Origin: Minisyncoccota bacterium
Lineage (GTDB): Bacteria > Patescibacteriota > Minisyncoccia > Phycocordibacterales > UBA2100
Length of the DNA: 64,000 nucleotides
Assembly (NCBI GenBank): GCA_043780835.1
Contig: JAYWCB010000012.1
Span: 21,998-85,997 of the forward strand
Reading direction: 5' to 3'
Each line of letters opens with the position of its first letter. Position 1 is the stretch's first letter. The position numbers and the translations under genes were made by a program. The notes beneath the pieces are model-generated. The model had not been told where the DNA came from and did no database searches. It saw nothing but the letters and a program-made list of their open reading frames with translations. Of this stretch, positions 30,113-40,586 are shown in pieces.

Positions 30113-31177
30113 TCATTGCACTCCTCCTCTCATGTCGAGTCTTCTCGATTCATTAATGAGCTGTGCTCGATATGTTTCGAGCATCGAGCGCATCTCCCGC
30201 AAGATACTGGGCATTTTTAGTGCCTCTTGCGCATCTTTGCCCGTAAATGTATTACGTGCCCATACCAATCGACTGACTTCTTGAAACGCATAGTCCGCCA
30301 GTTCGTTGTATGCGTCCGCAAAGAGCTCGTCGTCAGTTACATCGATGCCGCCGGGATGCATCCAGGGTGCATCAAGCAGTCCCGAAAGGATGTGCGAATC
30401 AAGCAACGCTGCGAGAGCCGCTTCGAACGATCGCCCCAGCTGCTCCCAGTAACCGCCGAATTGAGCATGCGAGAGCAACGTACTGATCAGATTGATGTTA
30501 CGGATATCGCGTGGAGATCCAAGGCCGAGACCCGTAAGGACATCTGTTCGATCGGATGTAAAAGGCAGACGCTCGTCAATGAGTCACGTCTTTCCGATTC
30601 GTCCCCAATGCTCAAATCCGCGATCCAGCTCACCGTTGGCGTCCCAGAGAATCAGGCGCTTGCCACGCGTATGAGCAGACCGTACGTTCGACACATCATC
30701 CGAAAATGTGGTTGTCATCTGTTCCGGATACAGTTTACGAATCTTGTCCGATCCCAGATAAAAACCGATTCCAAGCATTGCTGAGCGTCGACTATCGAAT
30801 CGTCCGGGTGAACAGACTTGAATCTGTACATACGGACTGCCGAATATTTTCGCGCGACAGAACTGTTCTATCGCCTGGAGCATTTTGATTGCAGTTTCAG
30901 CGCTGCCGACAGCCGGCAGCACTAAACACACAAAGGAACCTTCCAGTCGATAGTGATTCCGCTCGAGTACGCCCCAGTCGTTTATTTCCGTCCCGTCGTT
31001 GAGCCCGTCGATGAGAGCGGTGAACTGCGATCCGGAACCGAGGATGTGCAGCTTGGTGCCTACTGTCGCCAATCCATGATCAACATGACGATGACGCCGC
31101 GCGAGATCATTGGCAAGCGCAGGAACTCTTTTGTGGAGTAATGCATGCAACGCTTCAGTTGTGTAGCCGATGGACAC
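30113..31177 (-). pseudogene. 355-codon conserved-looking ORF of unknown family interrupted by one in-frame TGA at 30584..30586. An HxHxDH-like motif HRHVDH sits near the N-terminus
   Basis: ORFs 30584..31177 and 30113..30478 are in the same frame. The 35 intervening codons (LIDERLPFTSDRTDVLTGLGLGSPRDIRNINLIST) contain no stop. The downstream part has no ATG start of its own. Confidence 0.5.
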
Positions 31178-31240
31178 GGTTCACCTCCTCATTCCATATG
31201 CACTCAAGCGAATGTACCTCTCACTGTAACGCTTGGCAAA

Positions 31241-32302
31241 TTATCGCAACTTTTCCTCACTCGAATCCCAGTCGTCGCGATCCTCTGCCTCACGCGCTGC
31301 CTCATCCGCTTCGATTTTTGCCTCTTCTTCTTCGCGATGCACTTTCTCCGCCTGTATGCGGTTTAAAATTTTCTGCACGAATTCGAGCGATTCAGGATCA
31401 AGGAGTGATATCGGGGTGGCGGTAATCTTTTTCTTTTTGAATGCCGCAATCTGTTTTTTTAGTTCCGCTTCCGTTACGGCGTCTGACTTCGACAGAAACA
31501 CAAATTCTTCTTTTTCAGCGAGCTCATTGCTGTACGCCTTTAATTCGGCACGCACCGTTTTGTAGTCAGCAACGACGTCTTCGCTTTCTGCGGACACAAA
31601 ATGAAACAATGTCTTGGTGCGGGCGATATGTCGAAGGAATTTTACACCAAGCCCTTTACCTTCACTCGCCCCTTCGATCAGTCCGGGAATGTCCGCGAGC
31701 ACCAGTCCGTAATACGCGCCGAGATGCGGTTCGAGCGTTGTAAATTGATAGTTTGCGACTTTACTCTTGGCATTCGTAAGTTCATTTAAAAGCGACGACT
31801 TCCCGACGTTTGGTAACCCGACGAATCCCACATCTGCAATGAGACGAAGTTCGAGCTGATAATCTACGACGTCACCCGGTGTTCCTTCTTCGGCCTCTTT
31901 TGGTGTCGTATTGGTGGAAGATCTGAATTTATAGTTACCGCGGCCGCCTTTACCTCCGCCTGCCGCCAGAATCCGTTGCCCTACTTTTGTTATGTGTTTT
32001 TCGAAACCGCTTTCGAGATTGCGGATAATGGTACCGGCCGGCACTTTCAATATAAGGTCTGTACCGGAAGAACCGTCAATAAATTGCCCGCGTCCGTGAC
32101 CGCCCGGTTTTGCTTTGACTTCTTTTTTTGAGGCGTAAAATTGTAACGCATCGATGTTTGATACACCCTCAAAATAAATATTGCCGCCTCTCCCGCCGTC
32201 TCCGCCGACCGGGCCGAGGTTCAGTCGTGTCTTATTGAACGCAACAGCGCCATTTCCGCCGCTGCCTGCTTCGAGCCTGATTGTAACGTCGTCGATCAAC
32301 AT
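31241..32302 (-). CDS. obg: GTPase Obg/CgtA
   Basis: Glycine-rich Obg fold N-terminus (GGNGAVAFNKTRLNLGPVGGDGGRGGNIYF), G1 motif GLPNVGKSS, acidic C-terminal tail. Confidence 0.9.
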   Translation of the reverse strand: MLIDDVTIRLEAGSGGNGAVAFNKTRLNLGPVGGDGGRGGNIYFEGVSNIDALQFYASKKEVKAKPGGHGRGQFIDGSSGTDLILKVPAGTIIRNLESGFEKHITKVGQRILAAGGGKGGRGNYKFRSSTNTTPKEAEEGTPGDVVDYQLELRLIADVGFVGLPNVGKSSLLNELTNAKSKVANYQFTTLEPHLGAYYGLVLADIPGLIEGASEGKGLGVKFLRHIARTKTLFHFVSAESEDVVADYKTVRAELKAYSNELAEKEEFVFLSKSDAVTEAELKKQIAAFKKKKITATPISLLDPESLEFVQKILNRIQAEKVHREEEEAKIEADEAAREAEDRDDWDSSEEKLR

Positions 32303-32328
32303 AGGATTTCTAATGTATCACAAGAGAC

Positions 32329-33030
32329 CTAGAGCGCCTCATGAATGCGATCAAACCAGAGTTTGTAGCCCGCCGATGAGGGGTGAAGACCGTCCGGGGC
32401 AAGATAGATTTCAGGAGATTTGATAAACGGATCCTGTGCAGGATCACGGTATAAATTCACATACGTACCTCCCGCCGCTGCAACAACCGGCGCAAACGCT
32501 TCATGGAACGCGAGCGTTCGTTTGGTGTATTCCGGATTGAGTACGCGGGGAAATAACTGTGTAGCACCGACATTGCCCGCCATGTAGACGATTAAATGGT
32601 TGTGCACAGGTAATCCGCTGAGAATGGTCGCAAGATGCGCGGCGGTTGCATTCGCATCCCCGAAACGGATAACGTCATTTCCTCCGATACCGATGAGAAT
32701 ATAATTATATTTTTCTTTTCTAATTTCTTGCACTTCTCTCGCAAGATCTTTCACGCGAGCACCGGAGATTGCCCAGTTATCGACCTGTGTTGCGTGCACC
32801 GCTCCCGCAAGAAGCGCAGCCAGTGAGTCTTCGGGTTTATCCGCCCCCACACCAACCGCAGTGCTATCACCGAGAACCAATACTGATACGCCGCGCTCTC
32901 CTTTCAATCGAAACGGTACCGCCCGCTGAACGAGCAAACGCGAGATCCGCAATTTTTTGTTGAAATCGTATGCTGAGAAAGCGAGATACCCGCAGACGCA
33001 TGCGATAAGAAAAAGTACAGCAATTTTCAT
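32329..33030 (-). CDS. SGNH/GDSL family hydrolase
   Basis: Signal peptide, then VLVLGDSTAVG (GDS block) and IGIGGNDV block. Confidence 0.7.
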   Translation of the reverse strand: MKIAVLFLIACVCGYLAFSAYDFNKKLRISRLLVQRAVPFRLKGERGVSVLVLGDSTAVGVGADKPEDSLAALLAGAVHATQVDNWAISGARVKDLAREVQEIRKEKYNYILIGIGGNDVIRFGDANATAAHLATILSGLPVHNHLIVYMAGNVGATQLFPRVLNPEYTKRTLAFHEAFAPVVAAAGGTYVNLYRDPAQDPFIKSPEIYLAPDGLHPSSAGYKLWFDRIHEAL

Positions 33031-33095
33031 AGCTCGATTGTACCGCTCTTTATAGACGAGGCAGAGCCGAAGCTATAAGGAGCGGTACGGACGTC

Positions 33096-33704
33096 TTACA
33101 TTTTTGGAATAAGGACGCCGTCGATTACAAACGTAACTCCATTGCGAGAAATTACATCGGCAGCTTCTACCATTGCCGTGCCGTTGACCCAAATGGTATC
33201 GCCCTGCTTTTTAATCGTGAGTTTTTCGCCCTCCACCGTGGTTAATTGCAGGCCATCGGTGAGGTCGGCCGAGGTATATCGACCAGGGACCACATGATAC
33301 GTAAGTATATGCGCAAGCTTCGCTTTGTTCTCTGGCTTGAGTAATGTATCGACTGTCCCGGCGGGTAATGTATCAAACGCCGCATTCGTAGGAGCAAAAA
33401 CGGTAAACGGTCCTGCACCCTTCAGCGTATCGACGAGACCTGCCGCTTGTACCGCTGCCACGACTGTCGTCACGTTGCTCGCGTTCTTTGCGTTGTCTAC
33501 AATATCGAGATTCGGCACCATGAGTGCCCCGCCCACCATCACACCCACCTGCTGTGGCGGCGTATTTGTATCTGTCGGTGCCGGCGACACCACGGTATTA
33601 CTGTTTACCGCAGTCGTCGTAGTATCCATTTTAGAATTAAAAAATGCGACACCGACGATCACGAGAACGACGGCGATACCGGCGAATAACCAATTATTGT
33701 TCAT
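33096..33704 (-). CDS. Fasciclin (FAS1) domain protein, membrane-anchored
   Basis: FTVFAPTNAAFDTL...ILTYHVVPGRYTSADL...VTFVIDGVLIP are typical FAS1 blocks. Confidence 0.8.
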   Translation of the reverse strand: MNNNWLFAGIAVVLVIVGVAFFNSKMDTTTTAVNSNTVVSPAPTDTNTPPQQVGVMVGGALMVPNLDIVDNAKNASNVTTVVAAVQAAGLVDTLKGAGPFTVFAPTNAAFDTLPAGTVDTLLKPENKAKLAHILTYHVVPGRYTSADLTDGLQLTTVEGEKLTIKKQGDTIWVNGTAMVEAADVISRNGVTFVIDGVLIPKM

Positions 33705-33711
33705 AGAGGAT

Positions 33712-34200
33712 TTAATTTTTTTGTAATGAGTTGTCGTTTTCTATAATGCTACTGAGTACGCGAACGTACGTTGCGAGATCTCCGATGCGGCAGCCGGCTA
33801 CCAAGTGCCGCATCGAATCTCGCATCTTTTTTTCGATCTTGCGAACGAAATCCGAACCTGTCGAGGACAGTTTTAACACCTTCGCACGAGTGTCGCTCCC
33901 GTCTTTCGATATGCTCGTGTAGCCGTGCCTTGTCAGTTCGTCCGCGAGGACGCTGAGAAACGGCGCTTCGACTCCGAGCTCCGTCGCAGCCTGACTGAGC
34001 CGCATGCCCGACGGTGTATCAAAAAGCAGTCCCAATAGTGCCCAGTGGACTGAGGTAATGTTGTGCACGGCGAGCGAGGCGTTCGAGTGTCTCTTCAAAA
34101 CGCGATACGCTCTTGTCTGCATGAGGCCGACGCGATACGTCGTGTGCTCGTGCGCAACATTCTTCAATTTTTTTAATATACCCGGCATACGACCGTTCAC
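33712..34200 (-). CDS. MarR family transcriptional regulator
   Basis: 162-aa winged-HTH pattern LSQAATELGVEAPFLSVLADELTRHGY. Confidence 0.65.
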   Translation of the reverse strand: MNGRMPGILKKLKNVAHEHTTYRVGLMQTRAYRVLKRHSNASLAVHNITSVHWALLGLLFDTPSGMRLSQAATELGVEAPFLSVLADELTRHGYTSISKDGSDTRAKVLKLSSTGSDFVRKIEKKMRDSMRHLVAGCRIGDLATYVRVLSSIIENDNSLQKN

Positions 34201-34322
34201 TTAAGCAACTTACTTAAGTTACGTACGTATTTTATGGCGCTTGAGTGTGCATACAGTGAAGTACGTGGTTCATATATGACAACAGCCCCTCGAGGGGCTG
34301 TTGTGGCGAGATGAGTAGAGAA

Positions 34323-35063
34323 TTATTTCCAGAAGTGCTTGATCCAGTTGAGTCCCTCGGTGAGAATTACAATAATTGAGGCATTGACCGAATTACTCGA
34401 CGTCGCGTTCGCTGTACCAAACACAAACACATGTGAGCCGATAGCAAGCGCTCCTGAGCTGGCTGTCGAACCATTCACATTGTATTTCGTTCCTGTCGTT
34501 GTCATCACGCTCGTCGTCCCGTTTGAACCGAAGTTGGATAACGTGATCATGGCGCCATTAATCGCAGTCACGATTCCTGCCTTGAATGCACGTGCTGTCT
34601 TTGCGTCTCGATCTGATGTATCGCGGATTTTACTCGCTATAATTACGTTGTTCATGAGGGTGCCTTTCACCTGTACCGTGTCGCTCAGCGCAATCGACGC
34701 AATCGTACCTGCAGTATTGTTGTGTCCTACCACCGAAGCGTTGGATGCGTTCACGGTATACACGGCTCCGTGCCTACCCTGTACGGTCAGTGTCGTACCG
34801 CTCATAAAGGTAACCGTTCCCTCGATCGCGAATTGATTTCTCGCCCCTGAGGAAGAAGCAGCATTTTCCGGGCTGTCTTTGCGAGCTTCTCGATTGTCGT
34901 TTCTGTCGTCCTTTTGGTCTTCGTGAAGCACTTTCGCAAATATACCGAGATGCAAACCGCCTTCATCATTTGCATTACCGGTGTCGGCAAATACCGGCGA
35001 CGCTGCAATCAAGGTAAGGGCTATGACGCCCGTCGCAATCGCTTTCGATGTAATACTGTACAT
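34323..35063 (-). CDS. Hypothetical secreted protein with repeated beta-rich TVxG segments (DUF5666-like)
   Basis: Signal peptide; Thr/Val/Gly-rich repeats. Confidence 0.45.
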   Translation of the reverse strand: MYSITSKAIATGVIALTLIAASPVFADTGNANDEGGLHLGIFAKVLHEDQKDDRNDNREARKDSPENAASSSGARNQFAIEGTVTFMSGTTLTVQGRHGAVYTVNASNASVVGHNNTAGTIASIALSDTVQVKGTLMNNVIIASKIRDTSDRDAKTARAFKAGIVTAINGAMITLSNFGSNGTTSVMTTTGTKYNVNGSTASSGALAIGSHVFVFGTANATSSNSVNASIIVILTEGLNWIKHFWK

Positions 35064-35341
35064 AATTTTTTTCTAACTTTTAAGCGTGCCGACATCGCGT
35101 CGGTCACGCTCTTTAGACGGATTCAAAGGGTACTCGTTACGGTGAAAAATTTGACAATCGGACGTGTGTATTGTGATAAAAAAGAGAGCCGACTTGCACA
35201 CAGATTTTAATCCCGCATGGATCCAGTGAGAATTGAATTCATACCGCGGTGCTTTCATCTCCTCTACGGTGTTGGTATTGAACAATGTTTCAGCGGTCGA
35301 TAATACATTACACGCACTTATTAACTCATTCACACCTCTAT

Positions 35342-36259
35342 ATGCATCACTCATTAACGAGGAGGCTTGGGATCGCTGCTATTGGAGCAATTCTTGCCCT
35401 GGCACTTATTTCGAGCTTTACCTCCCTGGCACGCGCAGATACGGCGTCGTCTACTACGGGAACAACGACTACTAGCTATGTATTCGACGCAGAACTCAGC
35501 GGACAGAATCAAGTGCCGCCCGTTGCGGCCACGACGAGCACGTCTACGAACGGCATTGGAACAACCACCGCAACCACAACCGGTCACGCACGCATCTGGT
35601 TCGACATGAGCAACGCAACGGGATCGCCGACAACAACCACGATGATGTGGCAGTCACTTAATGTCTGGAACGGGAATGGAATTACAATGGCGCACTTACA
35701 CTGCGGTCTTCCGGGCCAAAACGGTCCCGTCGTGCTTGACCTATTCCACAGTGAGGCAAGTAGCTCCGACGTACACGGCGTACTCGTGGCCACATCAACC
35801 GTGAGCGCAAGTAACCTGCACGCAACTACGACAGGCTGCTCGATGCCGATTACGAATCTAACCGATCTTGCAAACGCTTTGAAGGCGGGCATCATCTATG
35901 CCAATGTGCACTCGCTCGCGTATCCCACCGGCGTTGTGCGTGGTCAAATGACTCTCTCATCATCGTCCTCAACAAGCGCAAGCACGACGACCCCTCCGAC
36001 GCCGCCAACTCCACCATCGCCACCAGCCCCGCCAACAGGTACAACGACTCCACCAACAGGAACAACCACGCCTCCAACACCTCCTCCGGTCGTTCCAGGA
36101 TTTCCGGGGTTTGTAGGATTCGGCGGAACTCTCGGACTCAACATAAACGGACTCCTGTCTCACATCTTCGAACAGGTACACAACATCCTTCAGTCCGTTT
36201 TACCCTTCACGAATCAAAGTGACCTGCGCAGTCAGCAACTCGATAGAATGATGCGCTAA
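35342..36259 (+). CDS. CHRD domain-containing secreted protein with a Pro/Thr-rich linker. The ORF begins at 35285; the likely start is 35342 (MHHSLTRRLGIAAIG, a signal peptide)
   Basis: AHLHCGLPGQNGPVVLDL and IYANVHSLAYPTGVVRGQM match CHRD signature blocks. C-terminal linker TTPPTPPTPPSPPAPPTGTTTPP. Confidence 0.7.
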   Translation: MHHSLTRRLGIAAIGAILALALISSFTSLARADTASSTTGTTTTSYVFDAELSGQNQVPPVAATTSTSTNGIGTTTATTTGHARIWFDMSNATGSPTTTTMMWQSLNVWNGNGITMAHLHCGLPGQNGPVVLDLFHSEASSSDVHGVLVATSTVSASNLHATTTGCSMPITNLTDLANALKAGIIYANVHSLAYPTGVVRGQMTLSSSSSTSASTTTPPTPPTPPSPPAPPTGTTTPPTGTTTPPTPPPVVPGFPGFVGFGGTLGLNINGLLSHIFEQVHNILQSVLPFTNQSDLRSQQLDRMMR

Positions 36260-36352
36260 TCTTAGAACACGCGGCCACTGCTTCGTGTCACAAAATGGCG
36301 CGCCACCAGGGCGCGCCATTTCTGTTGAGAATATTACCGAGATCAACTCCAC

Positions 36353-37588
36353 CTATTCGCTATAACCGGGAATATCGTACCCCTTACTCTTCCAATATTT
36401 TGCAACCAGCTTTTGCAGTTGTGGCATTTGTTCCTCAGCATATTTTTTTGCCAATGCTTTCAAATCCGGCGTCGCAAGAAATCCCTGCAGATCAACCCCC
36501 GTGCCTGATTTAAAATCCCGCGAGATATAGTCGACGGTAATTGCATTGAGTATTTTTTCGCTCGTTGTAGTTCCTTGATTCTTATCAAAGAATGTCATGA
36601 TTCCCGCAACCGCTCCTCCATTGGATATCACTGCGCCACCGGAAGATCCATGCTGCCCGGCGATGTTGCCGTTAAACGCGACCGAGTCGAGTGCTGTGCC
36701 AGAACCGATTGCTCGGTGGCGATATACTGTCGCGGGCGATGCGAGCTGGTAGAGATTTCTCTGCAAGGTTTCAATACTTGTGAATTCCGATGCGTAGCCC
36801 AAGAGGTACACCGGTGCAGATACCGGCGGCGGACTATCTGCGAGTTTTAAATACGGAAACGTATCAGGCACGGTTACCCACGCAGAGCTGGGACCAGTTA
36901 TGAGCAATATTGCAAAATCATCTTTGCCGTAGGTAATGGTGTCATCCGAAGTACTCGTGCTCGTCAGCGTGTCGCGGACAAATCCCTCCGGCATGTACAG
37001 AAGCTCGGCAGTATATGCGGGATGCGCTGGAGAGCCCACGCGCACGACGCAATCTTCGAGGCTCGGCTGAGGCCACTTTGTAAACAGGAAATCCGCTGCT
37101 ACATGTGCGTTCGTCAGAATCACACCACGAGGATCAATAACAACCCCACTCCCACTTGATACAGCGCCACTGTACCTATCCGTACAAAACAGATTTACAA
37201 CTGCATCTCGCCAATGCTGATCAAATTCGAACGCAGACGCCGTTTGTGATGGTGAAGAACTTCCGGTGTCAGCATGTGCGACAGACTCCTGGGCAGGCGC
37301 CACAAGCGCAAGCATTTTATTGATCGCTGCGCGCGTGCGCGAACCGACGTATCCGCTTGCGGAAACGTGAATTGATCTTTGATACACTTTCACCGCTTTT
37401 TGCGTCTGTATGTAAAAATTGCCCGATGCCTCGTTGCTCAAAAACTTTTCCGCTATAAGAAATCGCTGCAGTTCTTTCACCTGTTCACCCGTAGAGCCGG
37501 TCTTGAGATCAGCATTGATGATCGCGCTCGAAACACTCGGTATACACGCGGCGAGCGCGACAAGGAGCACAGCAACCGTTCTTAGCAT
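36353..37588 (-). CDS. Secreted trypsin-like (S1) serine protease with an N-terminal peptidoglycan-binding (PG_binding_1) domain
   Basis: N-terminus GEQVKELQRFLIAEKFL...KAVKVYQ is a PG-binding-like repeat. VVIDPRGVILTNAHVA (His) and GSSGGAV (the GDSGG Ser motif). Confidence 0.75.
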   Translation of the reverse strand: MLRTVAVLLVALAACIPSVSSAIINADLKTGSTGEQVKELQRFLIAEKFLSNEASGNFYIQTQKAVKVYQRSIHVSASGYVGSRTRAAINKMLALVAPAQESVAHADTGSSSPSQTASAFEFDQHWRDAVVNLFCTDRYSGAVSSGSGVVIDPRGVILTNAHVAADFLFTKWPQPSLEDCVVRVGSPAHPAYTAELLYMPEGFVRDTLTSTSTSDDTITYGKDDFAILLITGPSSAWVTVPDTFPYLKLADSPPPVSAPVYLLGYASEFTSIETLQRNLYQLASPATVYRHRAIGSGTALDSVAFNGNIAGQHGSSGGAVISNGGAVAGIMTFFDKNQGTTTSEKILNAITVDYISRDFKSGTGVDLQGFLATPDLKALAKKYAEEQMPQLQKLVAKYWKSKGYDIPGYSE

Positions 37589-37683
37589 CTAATCATCGTA
37601 GTACAGAAAGTTCGCCATGGCACGAAGGTTATAAAAAAGACGGGCATGGAGCCCGTCTTTTGAAGATCCGTCAACAACGGCTA

Positions 37684-37974
37684 TCAATCGCACTCGGTGA
37701 TGCGCTCATTACCCCAGCTACGCTGCACGTAGTAGGTGCGGCAGGAACGCCGTTCGCGATAGACGCGGGAGCGCTCCTCGTAGACGCGCGGACGCTCATA
37801 GTCGCGATCTCTGTAATCGCGCCGCTGCGGGCCGATGTCAATTCCAACGCCTCCAGGTCCGACATAAACGCCTTGTGCCGAAGCCGGTAAAGGTTCATAG
37901 CAGATAACGGCCAAGAGCACTGCCACAGTCAAACCGAACAACCTCATATCATATCCTCCTCTACAACGGTGCAC
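37684..37974 (-). CDS. Small secreted hypothetical protein, Arg/Tyr/Asp-rich
   Basis: Signal peptide MRLFGLTVAVLLAVICYEPLPASA. Confidence 0.35.
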   Translation of the reverse strand: MHRCRGGYDMRLFGLTVAVLLAVICYEPLPASAQGVYVGPGGVGIDIGPQRRDYRDRDYERPRVYEERSRVYRERRSCRTYYVQRSWGNERITECD

Positions 37975-38076
37975 TCTGAGGTGCCCACGGTTACGCTATC
38001 AGCCCTTTTGTGATCACGCTATGAATAATCATTCTTGTTTCAGATCAGTAAAATCTTTAGAACATCTAAAGAATGT

Positions 38077-39360
38077 TTATGCGTGATGCGTTTCGGTGAG
38101 TTTAATGGTTGTATCCGTAGTGAGATGACCCGCAGGTTTTCGACGAACGAGTGCGATGTATCCATATATAACAGCAATGAGCATCGCCGCACCGCCGGTA
38201 GCAAGCGAAAGTCGTGCGTCATAATATTCACCGATCCATCCGATGATAGGTCCGCCTATGGGAGTTGAGCCCATCATCGCCATACTCCAAATCGCCATAA
38301 CGCGACCGCGCATTTCCGGATGCGCCTCGAGTTGAATCATTGAGTTTGCGGTTGAAACCATATTCACGGTAAAGAATCCGACGAGGATCATTCCGGCGAA
38401 TGCCAGTCCAAGAGACGGTGCCATAGACGCGAGCAGAATACTGAATCCGGAAAGCGCGCCGAACGCGAGAAACGGTGACGGACCAGTCTCTTTTCTACTT
38501 GCTGCGATTACTCCTCCGATTGCCGCACCTAATCCAAACGCAGACATCAAAGCCGCATACCCGCTCGCGTCTGACTCGAATGTTTGTTTCGCCATGAGCG
38601 CAAGACTGATCTGAAATTCAAATGTGAACGTGCCGATCAGTGCAATCATGATCATAAGATCGCGAATAAGCGGCGTGTGCCATACATATCGCCATCCCTC
38701 GCGCAGTTGGCCCGCCGCGCGAGCCGCAGGCACAGATCGCACCATGTCACGATCTCGAATAGTTTGCAGAATGAAGGACGCCACGATGTATGTCACCGCA
38801 TTGAAGAAGAAACAAAATCCGATGTTCGTCGCCGCGATTATAATTCCACCAATGGAGGGTCCGATTGCGCGTGCGAGATTATTGACCGACGCGTTGAGAC
38901 TAATCGCATTTTTCAAATGATCAGGTGTAACGAGTTCGGAGATTATAGTTTGTCGTGCGGGCATTTCAAATACACGAACAAATCCGAGCGCGAGCGCAAA
39001 TACATACAACATCCAAATGGTAATTACATGGAACACCACCAGTGCCCCGAGAACAGTCGAGGTGACGATATAGGCATACTGCGTGTACTGCAAAATACGT
39101 TTTTTATCAAATCGATCGGCGAGCAATCCGCCCCACGGCGCAAATAGCAGCAGCGGCAAAAACTGCGCAGCCACAATGAGACCGAGCTGTCCGCCGGACC
39201 CGGTGAGTTGCAGTCCGAGCCACCCGAGTGCAACTATCTGCATCCATGTGCCGGAAAGCGCGATCGCCTGTGAAATAAACAAGCGACGATAATTAAAAAT
39301 GGAGAGCGACGCGAAAGCGGACGCTCCGAACTGTGTGATTCGGTCCATATCTCTCGGCAT
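38077..39360 (-). CDS. MFS transporter
   Basis: 427 aa, 12 TM; LPLLLFAPWGGLLADRFDKKRIL resembles the MFS motif A region. Confidence 0.8.
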   Translation of the reverse strand: MPRDMDRITQFGASAFASLSIFNYRRLFISQAIALSGTWMQIVALGWLGLQLTGSGGQLGLIVAAQFLPLLLFAPWGGLLADRFDKKRILQYTQYAYIVTSTVLGALVVFHVITIWMLYVFALALGFVRVFEMPARQTIISELVTPDHLKNAISLNASVNNLARAIGPSIGGIIIAATNIGFCFFFNAVTYIVASFILQTIRDRDMVRSVPAARAAGQLREGWRYVWHTPLIRDLMIMIALIGTFTFEFQISLALMAKQTFESDASGYAALMSAFGLGAAIGGVIAASRKETGPSPFLAFGALSGFSILLASMAPSLGLAFAGMILVGFFTVNMVSTANSMIQLEAHPEMRGRVMAIWSMAMMGSTPIGGPIIGWIGEYYDARLSLATGGAAMLIAVIYGYIALVRRKPAGHLTTDTTIKLTETHHA

Positions 39361-39367
39361 CTCTCTG

Positions 39368-40126
39368 CTACGCCTTCGGCTTGAGGCTCTGCACGAATCC
39401 TTCGAATGATTTTAAAATTTCAAGCGGTACTCCAAATACAATAGTGTTCGAGGCATCAGAAGAAATATCATTAATTGACTGCAGCGTGCGCAGATGCAGC
39501 GCCCCCGGTACCGCAGAAAGGATTTGCGCAGCTTTTGCCATGTTTTCGGCTGCTGCAAGCTCCCCTTCTGCGTTGATGATGACGGCACGCTTCTCTCGCT
39601 CCGCCTCAGCCTGCTTTGCGATGGTGCGCTCCATGTCGGGCGGCAGAAATACATCACGAAGTTCCACGCTACTTACATCCAATCCCCACGTCTCGGTTTG
39701 CTTGTCCACGATTTCTGCGATGCGAGTCGCAAGTTTTTCCCGATGCGCCAGCAGCTCATCGAGTGTTGCTTCGCCCACAATATTGCGCATCGTGGTCTGG
39801 GCATACTGCGAAATGGCGTATCGATAATCTTCGACTTCCAGGATAGCCTTTTCAGCATTATCGACTTTGTAATATAAAACTGCGTTCACCGTGACAGAAA
39901 CGTTGTCGCGCGTGATTGCCTTCTGATCCGGTATATCGACTGCTTTGACTCGCATATCGACTTTTTGATATCCCTGGAACACCGGAATGACCAGCTTCCA
40001 GCCGGGTTCCATAATCGAGGTGAATTTACCGAGTGAGAACTTTACGCCCCGTTCGTATTGATTTATCTGTTTAATGCTTGCGAGAATTATCACAGCAACA
40101 ATTACGACGAGTACTACAATTGGCAT
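39368..40126 (-). CDS. SPFH/Band 7 domain protein (stomatin/prohibitin-like)
   Basis: N-terminal TM, SPFH core, C-terminal coiled coil AKQAEAEREKRAVIINAEGE. Confidence 0.85.
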   Translation of the reverse strand: MPIVVLVVIVAVIILASIKQINQYERGVKFSLGKFTSIMEPGWKLVIPVFQGYQKVDMRVKAVDIPDQKAITRDNVSVTVNAVLYYKVDNAEKAILEVEDYRYAISQYAQTTMRNIVGEATLDELLAHREKLATRIAEIVDKQTETWGLDVSSVELRDVFLPPDMERTIAKQAEAEREKRAVIINAEGELAAAENMAKAAQILSAVPGALHLRTLQSINDISSDASNTIVFGVPLEILKSFEGFVQSLKPKA

Positions 40127-40202
40127 ATATTGAGTATAGCAAAACTCTCAGTATGCAAAACGCCGGCATGAGACCGGCGTTGTGCACGTATAGAGTTCGG
40201 AA

Positions 40203-40586
40203 TTAAAGTAGGGCGAATCCGTAGGCTACGAGATAGCCGCCGATGAGCACCGATGCCACCGCTCCGCTCATGAACCATTCAGATTTGTTGAACGATTTTA
40301 TGAACTTTTGGGTCGATTTATATGGCGACGCGAGATAAATCAATCCTTCGACGAGCAACATGTAACCGATGACAGAAAAGATGCCTTCGACCGACCAGGT
40401 GATCGTCGGATATGCGAGCGCAAGCGCAAGACCCGCACCAATTTCTATGATAGCGAGTGTCAAAAGAACAGGGCGGTTACCCGCGAGTTCTGAAATCGCA
40501 GGCATCACTGCCTTTCGACGGATAAGGATAACGATGCCGATAATCAAGAAATACAAACCAAACAACTTAGCGAGAAAGATCTCCAT
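40203..40586 (-). CDS. Hypothetical 4-TM membrane protein upstream of the SPFH gene
   Basis: 127-aa hydrophobic ORF. Confidence 0.4.
   Translation of the reverse strand: MEIFLAKLFGLYFLIIGIVILIRRKAVMPAISELAGNRPVLLTLAIIEIGAGLALALAYPTITWSVEGIFSVIGYMLLVEGLIYLASPYKSTQKFIKSFNKSEWFMSGAVASVLIGGYLVAYGFALL

Noticed and set aside
30584-30586. Selenocysteine insertion at the in-frame TGA
   Set aside because: No neighbouring Cys in a redox CxxU/UxxC arrangement, and no bacterial-SECIS-like hairpin within about 40 nt downstream on the mRNA strand.
35944-36181. Gly/Val/Pro- and Arg/Trp-rich minus-strand ORFs
   Set aside because: Antisense to the Pro/Thr-rich linker of the CHRD protein; a compositional artefact.
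40203-40586. NfeD partner of the SPFH protein
   Set aside because: The protein is entirely hydrophobic (4 TM) and lacks the C-terminal beta-barrel/OB domain of NfeD proteins; annotated only as a hypothetical membrane protein.
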